A stretch of 64,000 nt of DNA from the NCBI GenBank assembly GCA_905182795.1, contig CAJJCZ010000006.1:3264-67263 (forward strand), written 5' to 3'. Both the position numbers and the translations under genes were made by a program. This DNA is from an uncultured bacterium (GTDB lineage: Bacteria > Fidelibacterota > Marinisomatia > Marinisomatales > Marinisomataceae). How positions within the stretch are numbered: position 1 is the first letter of the stretch; every line of letters starts with the position of its first letter. A model generated the notes under the pieces. The model had not been told where the DNA came from. It made no database searches and saw nothing but the letters and a program-made list of their open reading frames with translations. Below are positions 1 to 9,427 of the stretch, piece by piece.

Positions 1-195
1 GTTTCTTATGATGAGAGTTATAATATTGGATTAGATTTAAACATCTCTATTGCAGATGTTTTATTAACAGTAAGATTAAAGAATGCTCTACATAGATTAC
101 CAATTGATGGAGACTATTCTATTAGTAATGCCGAACTATTCAATCCAATGAATAGCCTCCTATCTTTTGGTATTATTTGGGAATTTGACGACTAA
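1..195 (+). CDS. 3' end of an unidentified CDS whose start lies upstream of the window. The C-terminal sequence resembles an outer-membrane beta-barrel terminus.
   Basis: Frame +1 is open from base 1 to TAA at 193-195 (...NAELFNPMNSLLSFGIIWEFDD*). It is absent from the ORF track because it has no in-window start. It converges on the receptor gene and overlaps its stop by 4 nt. Confidence 0.3.
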   Translation, partial: VSYDESYNIGLDLNISIADVLLTVRLKNALHRLPIDGDYSISNAELFNPMNSLLSFGIIWEFDD

Positions 196-2243
196 ATTTT
201 GTATTCCGCTACTAGTTTAATACTTCTACCTGGTTCAGGATATCCTAATGTAGATTCAAATGTTTCATCGAGAAGATTATCTACTATTAGGCTTGCTTTT
301 AATGCATCAAAATCTTTGGATACACTAAGGTCTAGTACGCCATAAGCATCACTATCTGTCTGATCACTCGAGTCAGATCCATATTGCAGAATACGTTTTC
401 CTGTATATTTGTAGTTGAATACCATGTTCATACTCTGATTAAAATTATGAGATATGAATATGTTTGCTGAGTAGTCTGGCACATATAATAATTTCTCATT
501 CATATCATTATCTTTGCTGTCATAAATATTATATGATATCTGTAATTGACTACTTGAGAACTCTTTTAAGTAATTAATATTATATGTTGTTCTGGATGCC
601 GAAGAAACATTTATAGGTATATATTTAAAAGACTCATTAGGTTGCCATAGGATCAAGTTTTCATAATCTTTAAGTGTTGCAGTTATAGTAACTTTTCCCA
701 CATTAGAATTATTTGTTATATTAAAAGAAAAGTAATCACTCTCTTCTGGTTTCAAATCTAGATTTCCAGAGCTATATGGCCCATCTGGCCAATATAAGTC
801 GTTCATTGTTGGAAACTGGAATGACGAACCTGCATCTAGTCCAAAGTCAAAATATGATTGATCAATTTTTATGAATTGATCGACTGATTCGAAACTAAGA
901 TTATAGGTTAATTTGTCATTATCAGATTGTTTGTCATATCTTGTGGATGGAGATACCTTAAAGTCTTTATCCTTGTTTGTATAGTTCAGTAGAAATGAAG
1001 CAGAGCTAGAATTGAGCTTTTGATTGCTCAGATCAGTACTGCTAATGCTATCAGTTTTTTGTTTTGCAGATAATTGATAATCTAAATTAGTATTTATTTC
1101 TTTTTCAAAATCTAATCCAAATGATGATTGATCAAGATCATGTTCACTAAATACTGGAAAAGATTCATTAGGATCATCATATACCTGATTATTAGTTGAT
1201 CGATTAATATAGAATTTTAGAGAACTATCTACAAAAAATTTCATAAATGAAAGCGCATATAATTCATACTCATCAGTTCTTGTTGCAAGCGCAGAGGGGA
1301 AGCTAGTACTACCTGCAGCTCCTCTAGTATTTTTTGTTGTTAAAGAATTAATATTAATTATTAAGTCATCTCTAACAAGAAATTCTCTGTTCATTGCAAA
1401 AAAGAATTGATCTAATGAATTATTTTCTCTCTTATTGTTTAAGCCTGTTATAGAATCTTTAAATTTATAGTCTCCATCATAACTAGTTTTACCTACAGTT
1501 ATAGTTCTTTTTGAGTTTTCTCTTCCCATTGTATATGTTGCACCATATTGATTAAACCCATAATCACCAGAACTGTAAAAAACTCTATTTGGACTATTTT
1601 TAGTATTTATGTTTAAGGTTCCATCAATTGATCCAGAACCATATGTTGTTCCTGAATTTAATCTATAGTTAAGTGAGCGTAATGCAAATGATGGGAAAGA
1701 AGATAAATCTACTTGTCCATTTTGAGCGTCAGTTAAATCTACTCCATTGAATAAGACTTTTGTATGGCGAGCAAATCCCGCATCAAAAGAAGCTGAGGTC
1801 ACACCTGCATATCCACCATAAGTTCTTAGTTCAAGTGAAGGTAGTTGAGATAAAGAACCATTTTTCGAAAATGAACCTAACTTATTATTTAAGCTCTTAT
1901 TTTTTAGGTATCTAGAATTGCTCTTACCATAGACATTTATTTCTCTCATATTCACATTTTTATTTGCTAAGGTAAATACTTGAGATTCATTACTATCTAA
2001 TTGTATTGTCTGATCCTCAAATCCAATTCTTTTCAACTCAATTTTTGAATTACCATTTACTTGAATGACAAAAGATCCATTATCATCTGTAGTAGTCCAA
2101 TTATCATTTTGATTATCGCTATGCAATTCTCTTACTACTACATGTGATAAAGGCTCACCGCTTGTATCAATGACAATTCCATTTAAGGTTTGTGAAAAAA
2201 GATTAGATATAAGTATTGTTGATAATAAAATATAATATTTCAT
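192..2243 (-). CDS. btuB: TonB-dependent outer-membrane receptor, probable corrinoid/cobalamin transporter
   Basis: 683 aa with a signal peptide. The N-terminus is CarboxypepD_reg-like (LNGIVIDTSGEPLSHVVV), followed by a plug and a long beta-barrel region. The C-terminus is typical of these receptors (GYPEPGRSIKLVAEYKI). B12 specificity is inferred only from the cobalamin riboswitch in its leader. Confidence 0.75.
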   Translation of the reverse strand: MKYYILLSTILISNLFSQTLNGIVIDTSGEPLSHVVVRELHSDNQNDNWTTTDDNGSFVIQVNGNSKIELKRIGFEDQTIQLDSNESQVFTLANKNVNMREINVYGKSNSRYLKNKSLNNKLGSFSKNGSLSQLPSLELRTYGGYAGVTSASFDAGFARHTKVLFNGVDLTDAQNGQVDLSSFPSFALRSLNYRLNSGTTYGSGSIDGTLNINTKNSPNRVFYSSGDYGFNQYGATYTMGRENSKRTITVGKTSYDGDYKFKDSITGLNNKRENNSLDQFFFAMNREFLVRDDLIININSLTTKNTRGAAGSTSFPSALATRTDEYELYALSFMKFFVDSSLKFYINRSTNNQVYDDPNESFPVFSEHDLDQSSFGLDFEKEINTNLDYQLSAKQKTDSISSTDLSNQKLNSSSASFLLNYTNKDKDFKVSPSTRYDKQSDNDKLTYNLSFESVDQFIKIDQSYFDFGLDAGSSFQFPTMNDLYWPDGPYSSGNLDLKPEESDYFSFNITNNSNVGKVTITATLKDYENLILWQPNESFKYIPINVSSASRTTYNINYLKEFSSSQLQISYNIYDSKDNDMNEKLLYVPDYSANIFISHNFNQSMNMVFNYKYTGKRILQYGSDSSDQTDSDAYGVLDLSVSKDFDALKASLIVDNLLDETFESTLGYPEPGRSIKLVAEYKI

Positions 2244-2264
2244 TATACTTTCCTCCGAAGTTTA

Positions 2265-2425
2265 GGTTTATTGTTTTAGTAAACAAGGTCTCCTGACTTA
2301 TACCTATTAACGATTTAAAACCTTCTCCCAGCTTTCATGGAATGGTACTTATTAAATCTCAGTAATTACAGTAGCGGGGACTGTTCTAGAATTTCACTAG
2401 TATTCCCTACATTTACTCTGCGAAA
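2265..2425 (-). promoter_or_regulatory. Cobalamin (B12) riboswitch in the 5' leader of the TonB-dependent receptor gene
   Basis: The minus strand reads GUAGGGAAUACUAGUGAAAUUCUAGAACAGUCCCCGCUACUGUAA ... ACCAUUCCAUGAAAGCUGGGAGAAGGU ... AAGUCAGGAGACCUUG. These match the conserved GGGAA / GUGAAAxUC / CCCCGCUACUGUAA core. AGUCAGGAGACC (window 2288-2299) matches the B12 box. A GGAGG SD and the ATG follow within about 45 nt. The boundaries are approximate. Confidence 0.85.
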
Positions 2426-2480
2426 GCTTAATGTTATTTTTATAAAATGTGAATGATTATTTTCATAAATTGTGTAAGCA

Positions 2481-3014
2481 ATGAAACAAAATATTCCAAA
2501 TTCAAATATCGAGAACAATGTTACTCTTGTATTAAATGCTAGTTATTTACCGCTTGCAGTATGTTCTTCTAAGCGTGCTTTATGTTTATATTTTTTAAAT
2601 AAAATTGACGTGTTAATGAATTATGATCAGTATGTATATTCTCCTTCAACTCGAATAAAAGTACCTAGTGTGGTAAAGTTAAAGACATACGTACCTCACA
2701 ATAGTCTTGATATGGTTTTAAACAAAAAGAATTTATTGCTTAGAGATAATGCATGTTGTCAGTATTGTGGATCAAAATCAAATCTAACAGTAGATCATAT
2801 TGTCCCAAAGTATAAGGGCGGATCTGATACATGGAAAAATTTAATTGTAGCTTGTTCTCCTTGCAATGCAAGAAAGGGAAGTAGAACCCCAAAAGAAGCA
2901 AACATGAAATTGATGAAACAACCAAAAAAACCTAATAGATTCATGTACTTTAATCAGTTTGTAAAAGATAAAAATATAGGTTGGGAAGATTACTTGTTTA
3001 TAAATAAAAATTAA
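2481..3014 (+). CDS. HNH endonuclease-family protein (stand-alone, about 177 aa)
   Basis: HNH/Zn-finger core CCQYCGSKSNLTVDHIVPKYKGGSDTWKNLIVACSPCNARKG. The N-terminal VLVLNASYLPL-type domain is common in conserved bacterial HNH proteins. Confidence 0.8.
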   Translation: MKQNIPNSNIENNVTLVLNASYLPLAVCSSKRALCLYFLNKIDVLMNYDQYVYSPSTRIKVPSVVKLKTYVPHNSLDMVLNKKNLLLRDNACCQYCGSKSNLTVDHIVPKYKGGSDTWKNLIVACSPCNARKGSRTPKEANMKLMKQPKKPNRFMYFNQFVKDKNIGWEDYLFINKN

Positions 3015-3015
3015 A

Positions 3016-3984
3016 ATGAATAAAAAAAGAATATTAAGCGGAGCACAACCATCAGGATTATTACATATCGGAAATTATTTTGGTATGATTAAAAGAATGA
3101 TTGGTTTTCAAGATTCTTCTGACCTGTTTTGTTTTATCGCAAACTATCATTCGCTAACATCTATTAGCAATAAAGAAGAATTAGAAAAAAATACTTTTAA
3201 TGCATTTTCAGATTTATTAGCGCTAGGACTTGATTCTGAAAAATCTACAGTATGGGTACAGTCTCATGTACCCGCAGTTACAGAATTAACATGGATACTG
3301 TCTAATTTTACAAGTGTTGGTTTGATGCAAAGATCAACATCTTATAAGGATAAAGTTGCAAATGGCTTAAGTCCTAATATGGGCTTATTCTCTTATCCTG
3401 TTTTAATGGCATCAGATATTTTAGCATTCCAATCTGATATTGTTCCCGTTGGAAAAGATCAAAAACAACACTTAGAGATGACTAGAGATATTGCTATAAA
3501 ATTTAATAATACTCATGGACCAGTTTTTACTATTCCAGATATTGATATCGATGAAAGTAGTGAGATAATTAGGGGAATTGATGGTAGGAAAATGAGTAAA
3601 TCTTATAATAATACTATTCCTATTTTTGGTAGTGAGGATTATATGAAAAATCAAATCATGAATATTGTAACAGATTCTGCTGGCTTGAATGAACCGAAAG
3701 ATACAGATACTCCTCTTTTCAATATGTATGCATTATTTTTGAATGATGATGAAAAAAATGAACTTAAAGATAGGTATGCTACACCTGGTTTAAAATATAT
3801 GAGTATAAAAAATGAATTATATGAACGTATAATGGACTATTTTTCTAAGCAAAGGGCTTTAAAGCAACATCATTTAGATAATCCGGATAATATTTTTGAT
3901 CTAATGGAGGTGGGAAAAAAGAAAGCCGAACTTATTGCGTCTGACACTCTATCAAGTGTCAAAAAATCTATTGGAATGGTCTAG
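3016..3984 (+). CDS. trpS: Tryptophan--tRNA ligase
   Basis: Class I motifs: a HIGH-like motif (GLLHIGNYFG) and KMSKS (GRKMSKSYNN). At 322 aa, the length and overall sequence are typical of TrpRS. Confidence 0.9.
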   Translation: MNKKRILSGAQPSGLLHIGNYFGMIKRMIGFQDSSDLFCFIANYHSLTSISNKEELEKNTFNAFSDLLALGLDSEKSTVWVQSHVPAVTELTWILSNFTSVGLMQRSTSYKDKVANGLSPNMGLFSYPVLMASDILAFQSDIVPVGKDQKQHLEMTRDIAIKFNNTHGPVFTIPDIDIDESSEIIRGIDGRKMSKSYNNTIPIFGSEDYMKNQIMNIVTDSAGLNEPKDTDTPLFNMYALFLNDDEKNELKDRYATPGLKYMSIKNELYERIMDYFSKQRALKQHHLDNPDNIFDLMEVGKKKAELIASDTLSSVKKSIGMV

Positions 3985-3987
3985 TCG

Positions 3988-4710
3988 GTGTTTAATGTAA
4001 GGTTAGAAAATTTTGAAGGTCCTTTAGATTTACTTTTATATTTTATTAAAAGAGATAAAATAGATATTTATGATATTCCAATTTCTAAGATTACATCGGA
4101 GTATATTGATGTAATTAATACCGCTAAAAAATTAGACGTTTCAATAGCTGGCGAATTTCTTTTTATGGCATCATTATTATTAAGATTAAAAACAAGAATG
4201 CTTCTGCCTAGACAACAAGATGAAGAAGGACTAGATATTGATGATCCAAGAATTAATTTAGTAGGCCAATTATTGCAGTATAAAAATTTTAGAAATATTG
4301 CACATCAGTTAAAGGGTATACACGAAGAGAATAAAGACATATTTTATCGTCCAAATGATAAGATTTCTTTTGAAAAAACAATTAATCCTTCAGATTTTTT
4401 AAATGAAGTAAGTCTATTTGATATATCAAAAATCTTTCAATCTGCTATTGATAATGCACCACAAGACAATTCGTTTACGATAGTAAGAGAGACTATATCT
4501 CTAGAGGAGCAAAAACAATTTATTATTTCTAATTTTAAAGATAAAAAAAATATTTTGCTTAGTAGCTTGATTAAGAAACTAGACAGTAAATTAGAAATTA
4601 TTGTTACATTCTTGGCGGTATTAAATATGATTAAGGAGTCTGAGTTGATTTGTAAGCAAAAGAATACTTTTGAAGATATTCAAATAACATTAAATATTAT
4701 TACAGCATGA
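3988..4710 (+). CDS. scpA: Segregation and condensation protein A
   Basis: N-terminus FEGPLDLLLYFIKRDKIDIYDIPISKIT is characteristic of ScpA. GTG start. It is followed by scpB with a 4-nt overlap. Confidence 0.85.
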   Translation: MFNVRLENFEGPLDLLLYFIKRDKIDIYDIPISKITSEYIDVINTAKKLDVSIAGEFLFMASLLLRLKTRMLLPRQQDEEGLDIDDPRINLVGQLLQYKNFRNIAHQLKGIHEENKDIFYRPNDKISFEKTINPSDFLNEVSLFDISKIFQSAIDNAPQDNSFTIVRETISLEEQKQFIISNFKDKKNILLSSLIKKLDSKLEIIVTFLAVLNMIKESELICKQKNTFEDIQITLNIITA

Positions 4711-5255
4711 ATGAAAAGCAATTAATCATAGAATCTTTATTATTTGTTGCATCTGAACCACTTCTGCAGTCTGATTTAAGTAAGATATTTGATGATAGCG
4801 ATACTCCATCATTAGATGAGATAGTTAGCGAAATTAATGTCAAGTATTCTAATCATGCCTTTGAAATTAAGGCTGTTGGCGAAGGTTATATGCTTGTAAG
4901 TAAAAAAGAATTTGAACCCTTTATATCAAAGTATGTTCCAACCAAAAAACTGATGCTGTCTAATGCTAGCTTAGAAGTGTTAGCAATTGTTGCATATAAG
5001 CAGCCTATATCAAGAATAGATATTGAGTCAATTAGGGGTGTAGATTGTAAAGGAGTGCTAAAAAATCTATTAAATAAAAAGCTGATAAAGATAGGAGGTA
5101 GGGATGATTCGTTGGGCAAAGCCTTACTCTATCATACTACCGATGAATATCTTAAGCACTTTGGGTTAGCAAGTTTATCAGAAATGCCTACAAGTAGTGA
5201 GATTGCTGAAATTGTAGATTCTGAAGATAATGGAATCACTAGTGAAGTTATTTAA
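4707..5255 (+). CDS. scpB: Segregation and condensation protein B
   Basis: Winged-helix ScpB pattern (IESLLFVASEPL ... LEVLAIVAYKQPISRIDIESIRGV). It is positioned after scpA. Confidence 0.85.
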   Translation: MNEKQLIIESLLFVASEPLLQSDLSKIFDDSDTPSLDEIVSEINVKYSNHAFEIKAVGEGYMLVSKKEFEPFISKYVPTKKLMLSNASLEVLAIVAYKQPISRIDIESIRGVDCKGVLKNLLNKKLIKIGGRDDSLGKALLYHTTDEYLKHFGLASLSEMPTSSEIAEIVDSEDNGITSEVI

Positions 5256-5958
5256 ATTTATTTCATCATCTGGAATTGTCTCTAGAAGAAAAGCACAAGA
5301 ATCTATTCAACTAGCAATGGTTACTGTTAATAATACAGTAGTTATGGATCCTTTTTCTGATATTGATCCAGTGAAAGATACTGTAAGATTAGATGATCAA
5401 AAAATTATTTCAAATACCAAAACTACAACATTGGTTTTGTATAAACCTAAAGGGTTTATTTCTTCCAGAAGTGATGAGCTAGGTAGAAAGACAATTTTTA
5501 ACCTAATTCCTAGAAAGCCTTTTCTAAATCATGTAGGTAGGCTAGATAAGGATACTACTGGTTTAATTTTATTAACTAATGATGGAGATTTATCTCAATT
5601 TTTAACTCATCCTAAAAATAAAATATCAAAGGAGTATATTGCACAGACAAATGAGATAATTAGTGAAAAAATTATTAAAAAAATTGAAAAAGGAATTTTT
5701 ATTGGTTCTGGTGAAAAAGGAAGAGCAAAGATTATATCACAAGAAAAAATTAAAAATACAATTCATGTAAGCATGATTTTAAGGCAAGGAAAAAAGAATG
5801 AAATAAGAAGAATATTTAAATTTTCAGGTCTTAATTTGATTGCTTTAAAAAGAATAAAGTTTGGTAGTATTACATTAGATCAATTAAAAGAAGGACAATC
5901 AAGAGAATTAACAAAGAAAGAAAAGCAGTATTTGGATAAAATAACAAGAAAGGCATAA
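5230..5958 (+). CDS. rluB: RsuA/RluB-family rRNA pseudouridine synthase with an N-terminal S4 domain
   Basis: S4 motif (FISSSGIVSRRKAQESI) and catalytic motif GRLDKDTTGLILLTNDG. The start is uncertain (ATG 5230 or GTG 5242). It overlaps the scpB end. Confidence 0.8.
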   Translation: MESLVKLFKFISSSGIVSRRKAQESIQLAMVTVNNTVVMDPFSDIDPVKDTVRLDDQKIISNTKTTTLVLYKPKGFISSRSDELGRKTIFNLIPRKPFLNHVGRLDKDTTGLILLTNDGDLSQFLTHPKNKISKEYIAQTNEIISEKIIKKIEKGIFIGSGEKGRAKIISQEKIKNTIHVSMILRQGKKNEIRRIFKFSGLNLIALKRIKFGSITLDQLKEGQSRELTKKEKQYLDKITRKA

Positions 5959-6013
5959 GATTTTAAACATCTTGGCATTTATTCAAAGAAAAACTAACTT
6001 TCTGAGCATTTTT

Positions 6014-6673
6014 ATGGTAATAACAATTGACGGACCAGCAGGCGCGGGTAAAACTACTACCGCAAAAAAACTAGCAAGTAAGCTAGGGTATCAATATTTA
6101 GATACCGGTGCTATGTATAGGGCGGTTACATATTTTTTTGGACAACACTCTACAGATATCACCTCTGAAGATCAGGTTAAAAAAATGCTAGATATTTTAA
6201 ATTTGGAGCTAGACTTTACATCGAACGATAGCATTACAGTGTTGTTAGATGGGAAGGATATCAGCTTATTGATTCGTAGCAAAGCAGTTACAGATGCAGT
6301 AAGTAAAGTTAGTGCATTACAATCTGTAAGAGAAAAAATGGTAAAAATACAGAAAGATACCACGAAAAATGGTAACTTTGTTATTGAGGGAAGAGATATT
6401 GGAACAGTAGTTTTCCCAGATGTGAAGCATAAGTTTTTCTTGATTGCTGACTACGATACTAGAGCAAAAAGAAGATTTAAAGATTTTAAGAGAGTAAATG
6501 AGGAGTTAAACGTTAACAAAATAAAACAAGATTTGATAGATAGAGATCAGTACGACAGTAGTCGTAAACTTTCTCCATTGAAACAAGCAAAGGATGCAAT
6601 TGTAATTGATACATCAAACTGCACTATTGATGATCAAGTGAATCAAATCTATAAACACATTGAAAGAAACTAA
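6014..6673 (+). CDS. cmk: Cytidylate kinase
   Basis: MVITIDGPAGAGKTTTAKKLA P-loop, then YLDTGAMYRA. I prefer ATG 6014 to the track's TTG 5972, which adds 14 non-conserved residues. Confidence 0.9.
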   Translation: MVITIDGPAGAGKTTTAKKLASKLGYQYLDTGAMYRAVTYFFGQHSTDITSEDQVKKMLDILNLELDFTSNDSITVLLDGKDISLLIRSKAVTDAVSKVSALQSVREKMVKIQKDTTKNGNFVIEGRDIGTVVFPDVKHKFFLIADYDTRAKRRFKDFKRVNEELNVNKIKQDLIDRDQYDSSRKLSPLKQAKDAIVIDTSNCTIDDQVNQIYKHIERN

Positions 6674-6678
6674 ATAAT

Positions 6679-8475
6679 ATGAACGATCAAGCTAAACAAG
6701 ACGTAAAAAACGAAGTGGTAGAAGAAGCAGTACTAGAAGCAGTATTAGAAGCAGCGGTAGAACAAAAAGCTGATGAAAAAATATCAGAAAATCAACCAGT
6801 AGTAGAGCCAATAGTATCTGGTAAAAAAAGAATTAAAGATTATTTAAGTAAAGATTTATTTTCAGGAATTAAAGTTATTTCTGGCAAAGAAGATCAAGCT
6901 GAAATTGAAAAATTAGCTGATGGTGTTTTAGAGGAATATGAAAGTACATTTAATGATATATCAGAAAATCAAATTATATCAGCTAAAGTAATTGGTATTA
7001 GCGATAACGATGTTATGGTAGATATTGGTTTCAAATCAGAAGGTTTAATTAGTAGATCTGAATTCAATAATAAAGATTTGCCTGAGATTGGTTCTGACAT
7101 TGATATATTCCTTGAAAAGTTTGAAGATACAGATGGTAATATTACCTTATCAAAATATAAAGCAGATTTTATTAAGAGATGGGATGAGTTAAGAACATTT
7201 GAAGAAACTAAAGAGCCTGTACATGGAAAGATCATTAAGCGTGTTAAAGGAGGTCTTGTAGTAGACTTAGGTGTCATACAAGCTTTCTTACCAGGATCTC
7301 AAGCTGATGTTCAGCCTATCAAGAATTTTGATGATTTAATTGGAAAAGAATTAGATTTTCAGATTGTAAAAGTAGATGAGATGAGAAAAAATCTTGTTGT
7401 ATCTAGAAAAGCAATATTAGAAGAGTCTCTCAATGAAAAACGTCAAGAACTAATGACAAAGATTGAAGTGGGCGCACAGCTTCAAGGGTTAGTAAAAAAT
7501 ATAACTGATTTTGGAGCATTTGTTGATTTAGGTGGTGTTGATGGATTAGTACACATTACTGACTTCTCTTGGGGAAGAATCAATCACCCTTCAGAGATTG
7601 TATCTATAGGAGACGAAATAACAGTTCAAATTATCGACTATAATAAAGAAACATCAAGAATATCTTTAGGCCTAAAACAGTTAGTGGATAATCCTTGGAA
7701 AACAATACCGGATAAATATAACATAGGAGATATTAACATAGGTAAAGTAGTTAGTATTATGAATTATGGTATATTCATTGAACTAGAAAAAGGTATTGAA
7801 GGTTTAATTCATATTTCTGAAATATCATGGACAAAAAATATTCAAAATCTTCAAGATAAATACAAAGTTGGTGATTCTTTAGAGTCAAAAATCTTGTTTA
7901 TTGATGCTAACGAACAGAAAATTAGCTTAGGTATTAAGCAATTAACTGAGGATCCATGGAATAATATATCTTCACAAGTAAGTATTGGCGACAAAAAAGA
8001 AGGGGCAGTAAACAAAGTCACGAAATTTGGAGCATATGTAGACTTAGGAAAAGATATCGAAGGTTTCATAAGAAATACAGATTTCCACTGGACAAAAAAT
8101 CCCTTACATCCTAAAGAATTTATTAGTGAAGGCGATACAGTTGAATTTGTTATTGTGGATATATCAGATAAGGATAGAAAGATTTTAGTAAGTATAAAAG
8201 ATCTTACTGAAAATCCATGGTCTGATATAGTTGCAAAATATTCTGCAGGAGATAAACTAAAAGGATCTATTTTATCTATAAATGATTCAGGTATTGCAGT
8301 AGATATGGGCGATGATATCAGAGGTCTTGTGCCTTCAGATAAAATTTCAAAAGAATTAAAGAAAGATTATTTACCTTCTATTGAACCAGGTGGCACTATC
8401 GATATATTAGTTGTTGAGGTTAACGAACAAGATAAGAATGTCATCTTAATGCTTGATCAACCTGATGCTGACTAA
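6679..8475 (+). CDS. rpsA: 30S ribosomal protein S1 (long form with an acidic N-terminal extension)
   Basis: Six repeated S1/OB motifs (e.g. GLVKNITDFGAFVDLGGVDGLVHITD, GKVVSIMNYGIFIELEKGIEGLIHISE). 598 aa. Confidence 0.9.
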   Translation: MNDQAKQDVKNEVVEEAVLEAVLEAAVEQKADEKISENQPVVEPIVSGKKRIKDYLSKDLFSGIKVISGKEDQAEIEKLADGVLEEYESTFNDISENQIISAKVIGISDNDVMVDIGFKSEGLISRSEFNNKDLPEIGSDIDIFLEKFEDTDGNITLSKYKADFIKRWDELRTFEETKEPVHGKIIKRVKGGLVVDLGVIQAFLPGSQADVQPIKNFDDLIGKELDFQIVKVDEMRKNLVVSRKAILEESLNEKRQELMTKIEVGAQLQGLVKNITDFGAFVDLGGVDGLVHITDFSWGRINHPSEIVSIGDEITVQIIDYNKETSRISLGLKQLVDNPWKTIPDKYNIGDINIGKVVSIMNYGIFIELEKGIEGLIHISEISWTKNIQNLQDKYKVGDSLESKILFIDANEQKISLGIKQLTEDPWNNISSQVSIGDKKEGAVNKVTKFGAYVDLGKDIEGFIRNTDFHWTKNPLHPKEFISEGDTVEFVIVDISDKDRKILVSIKDLTENPWSDIVAKYSAGDKLKGSILSINDSGIAVDMGDDIRGLVPSDKISKELKKDYLPSIEPGGTIDILVVEVNEQDKNVILMLDQPDAD

Positions 8476-9427
8476 TACCAATCAGATCAAAAGACTTTTA
8501 TATTCTTTTGTTATTGCATTTATTTTTTGGTTTTTTATTAAGAGTGAAGATACTTATTCTGTAACAACAAAAATTCCTTTAGTTGCACGAAATCTTCAAG
8601 AGCAAAAAACATATAAAGAAGAAGTTCCAGAGAGTATTGTTGTTACTTTAAAAGGCTCAGGCAGAGCATTTATTTGGCTTGCATTCTTTGATAGGTTTTA
8701 TGAAGATTATAAAGCTGTTCTAGACTTGAGCAGTATTGCAGATGAATATGATTTTGAACTTGACCAATACTATAAGAATAATCCAGAAAAAATAGTATTA
8801 CCCTCTTCTTTGGATTTAGAATTTGTTGAAGTTATCTCTCCTAGAAATATCAAAATTAATTTAGATCAATATTTAGTAAAAAAAGTACCAATTAAATCGC
8901 AAGTATCTATTTCAACAGAGCCAGGATATATACAAGTCGGAGATATAAGTTTCTTACCAGATTCTATTAGCATTGGTGGACCTCAAGAAGTTGTAGACAA
9001 TATCACATTTGTTAAAACTGAAAAAGATACTATATCAAATTTAATAGTATCAGTGGGTAGAGAACTATTAATTATAAACCCGGATAAGTTGGTTGATTTT
9101 GACCCAAAAAAGGTTAAAAGTTTTATTGATATTCAACCTATTAGTGAAACAATTATAACAGGAATTGCTGTAAAATTGATTAATAAGCCTAGCGATGTAA
9201 ATGTTTTTGTTAATCCTGCTACAGTTTCACTTACTATTGTTGGAGGTTTGAATCAAATTGCTAGCACCCTGTCTACCGACATAGAAGTATTTATTAATTT
9301 TGAAAAATCTTGGACTGCAGATAAACAATTTTATTCACCGGAAGTGAGAATTCCTGATAGTATTATGGAATGGAAAGATTTATCTCCAAATAATTTAGAA
9401 ATTTTAGTTATAAAAGAAATAAATTGA
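8465..9427 (+). CDS. Membrane-anchored protein with YbbR-like repeats (CdaR-like?)
   Basis: N-terminal TM segment (LLYSFVIAFIFWFFI). Repeated segments follow the pattern V.V.L.G....L......A.LDLS seen in YbbR domains (IVVTLKGSGRAF...AVLDLSSI; VSLTIVGGLNQIAS). ATG 8465 is preferred over TTG 8453. Confidence 0.45.
   Translation: MLTNTNQIKRLLYSFVIAFIFWFFIKSEDTYSVTTKIPLVARNLQEQKTYKEEVPESIVVTLKGSGRAFIWLAFFDRFYEDYKAVLDLSSIADEYDFELDQYYKNNPEKIVLPSSLDLEFVEVISPRNIKINLDQYLVKKVPIKSQVSISTEPGYIQVGDISFLPDSISIGGPQEVVDNITFVKTEKDTISNLIVSVGRELLIINPDKLVDFDPKKVKSFIDIQPISETIITGIAVKLINKPSDVNVFVNPATVSLTIVGGLNQIASTLSTDIEVFINFEKSWTADKQFYSPEVRIPDSIMEWKDLSPNNLEILVIKEIN

Noticed and set aside
2481-3014. The HNH gene as a homing endonuclease or mobile element.
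   Set aside because: There is no intron or intein host, no flanking direct or inverted repeats, no integrase or transposase, and no compositional break visible by eye.
6724-6759. Three tandem 12-nt units (GAAGCAGTAYTA-like) near the 5' end of rpsA.
   Set aside because: It is in frame (EAVLEAVLEAAV) within the acidic N-terminal extension of S1. It is a short coding repeat and not a regulatory or mobile feature.
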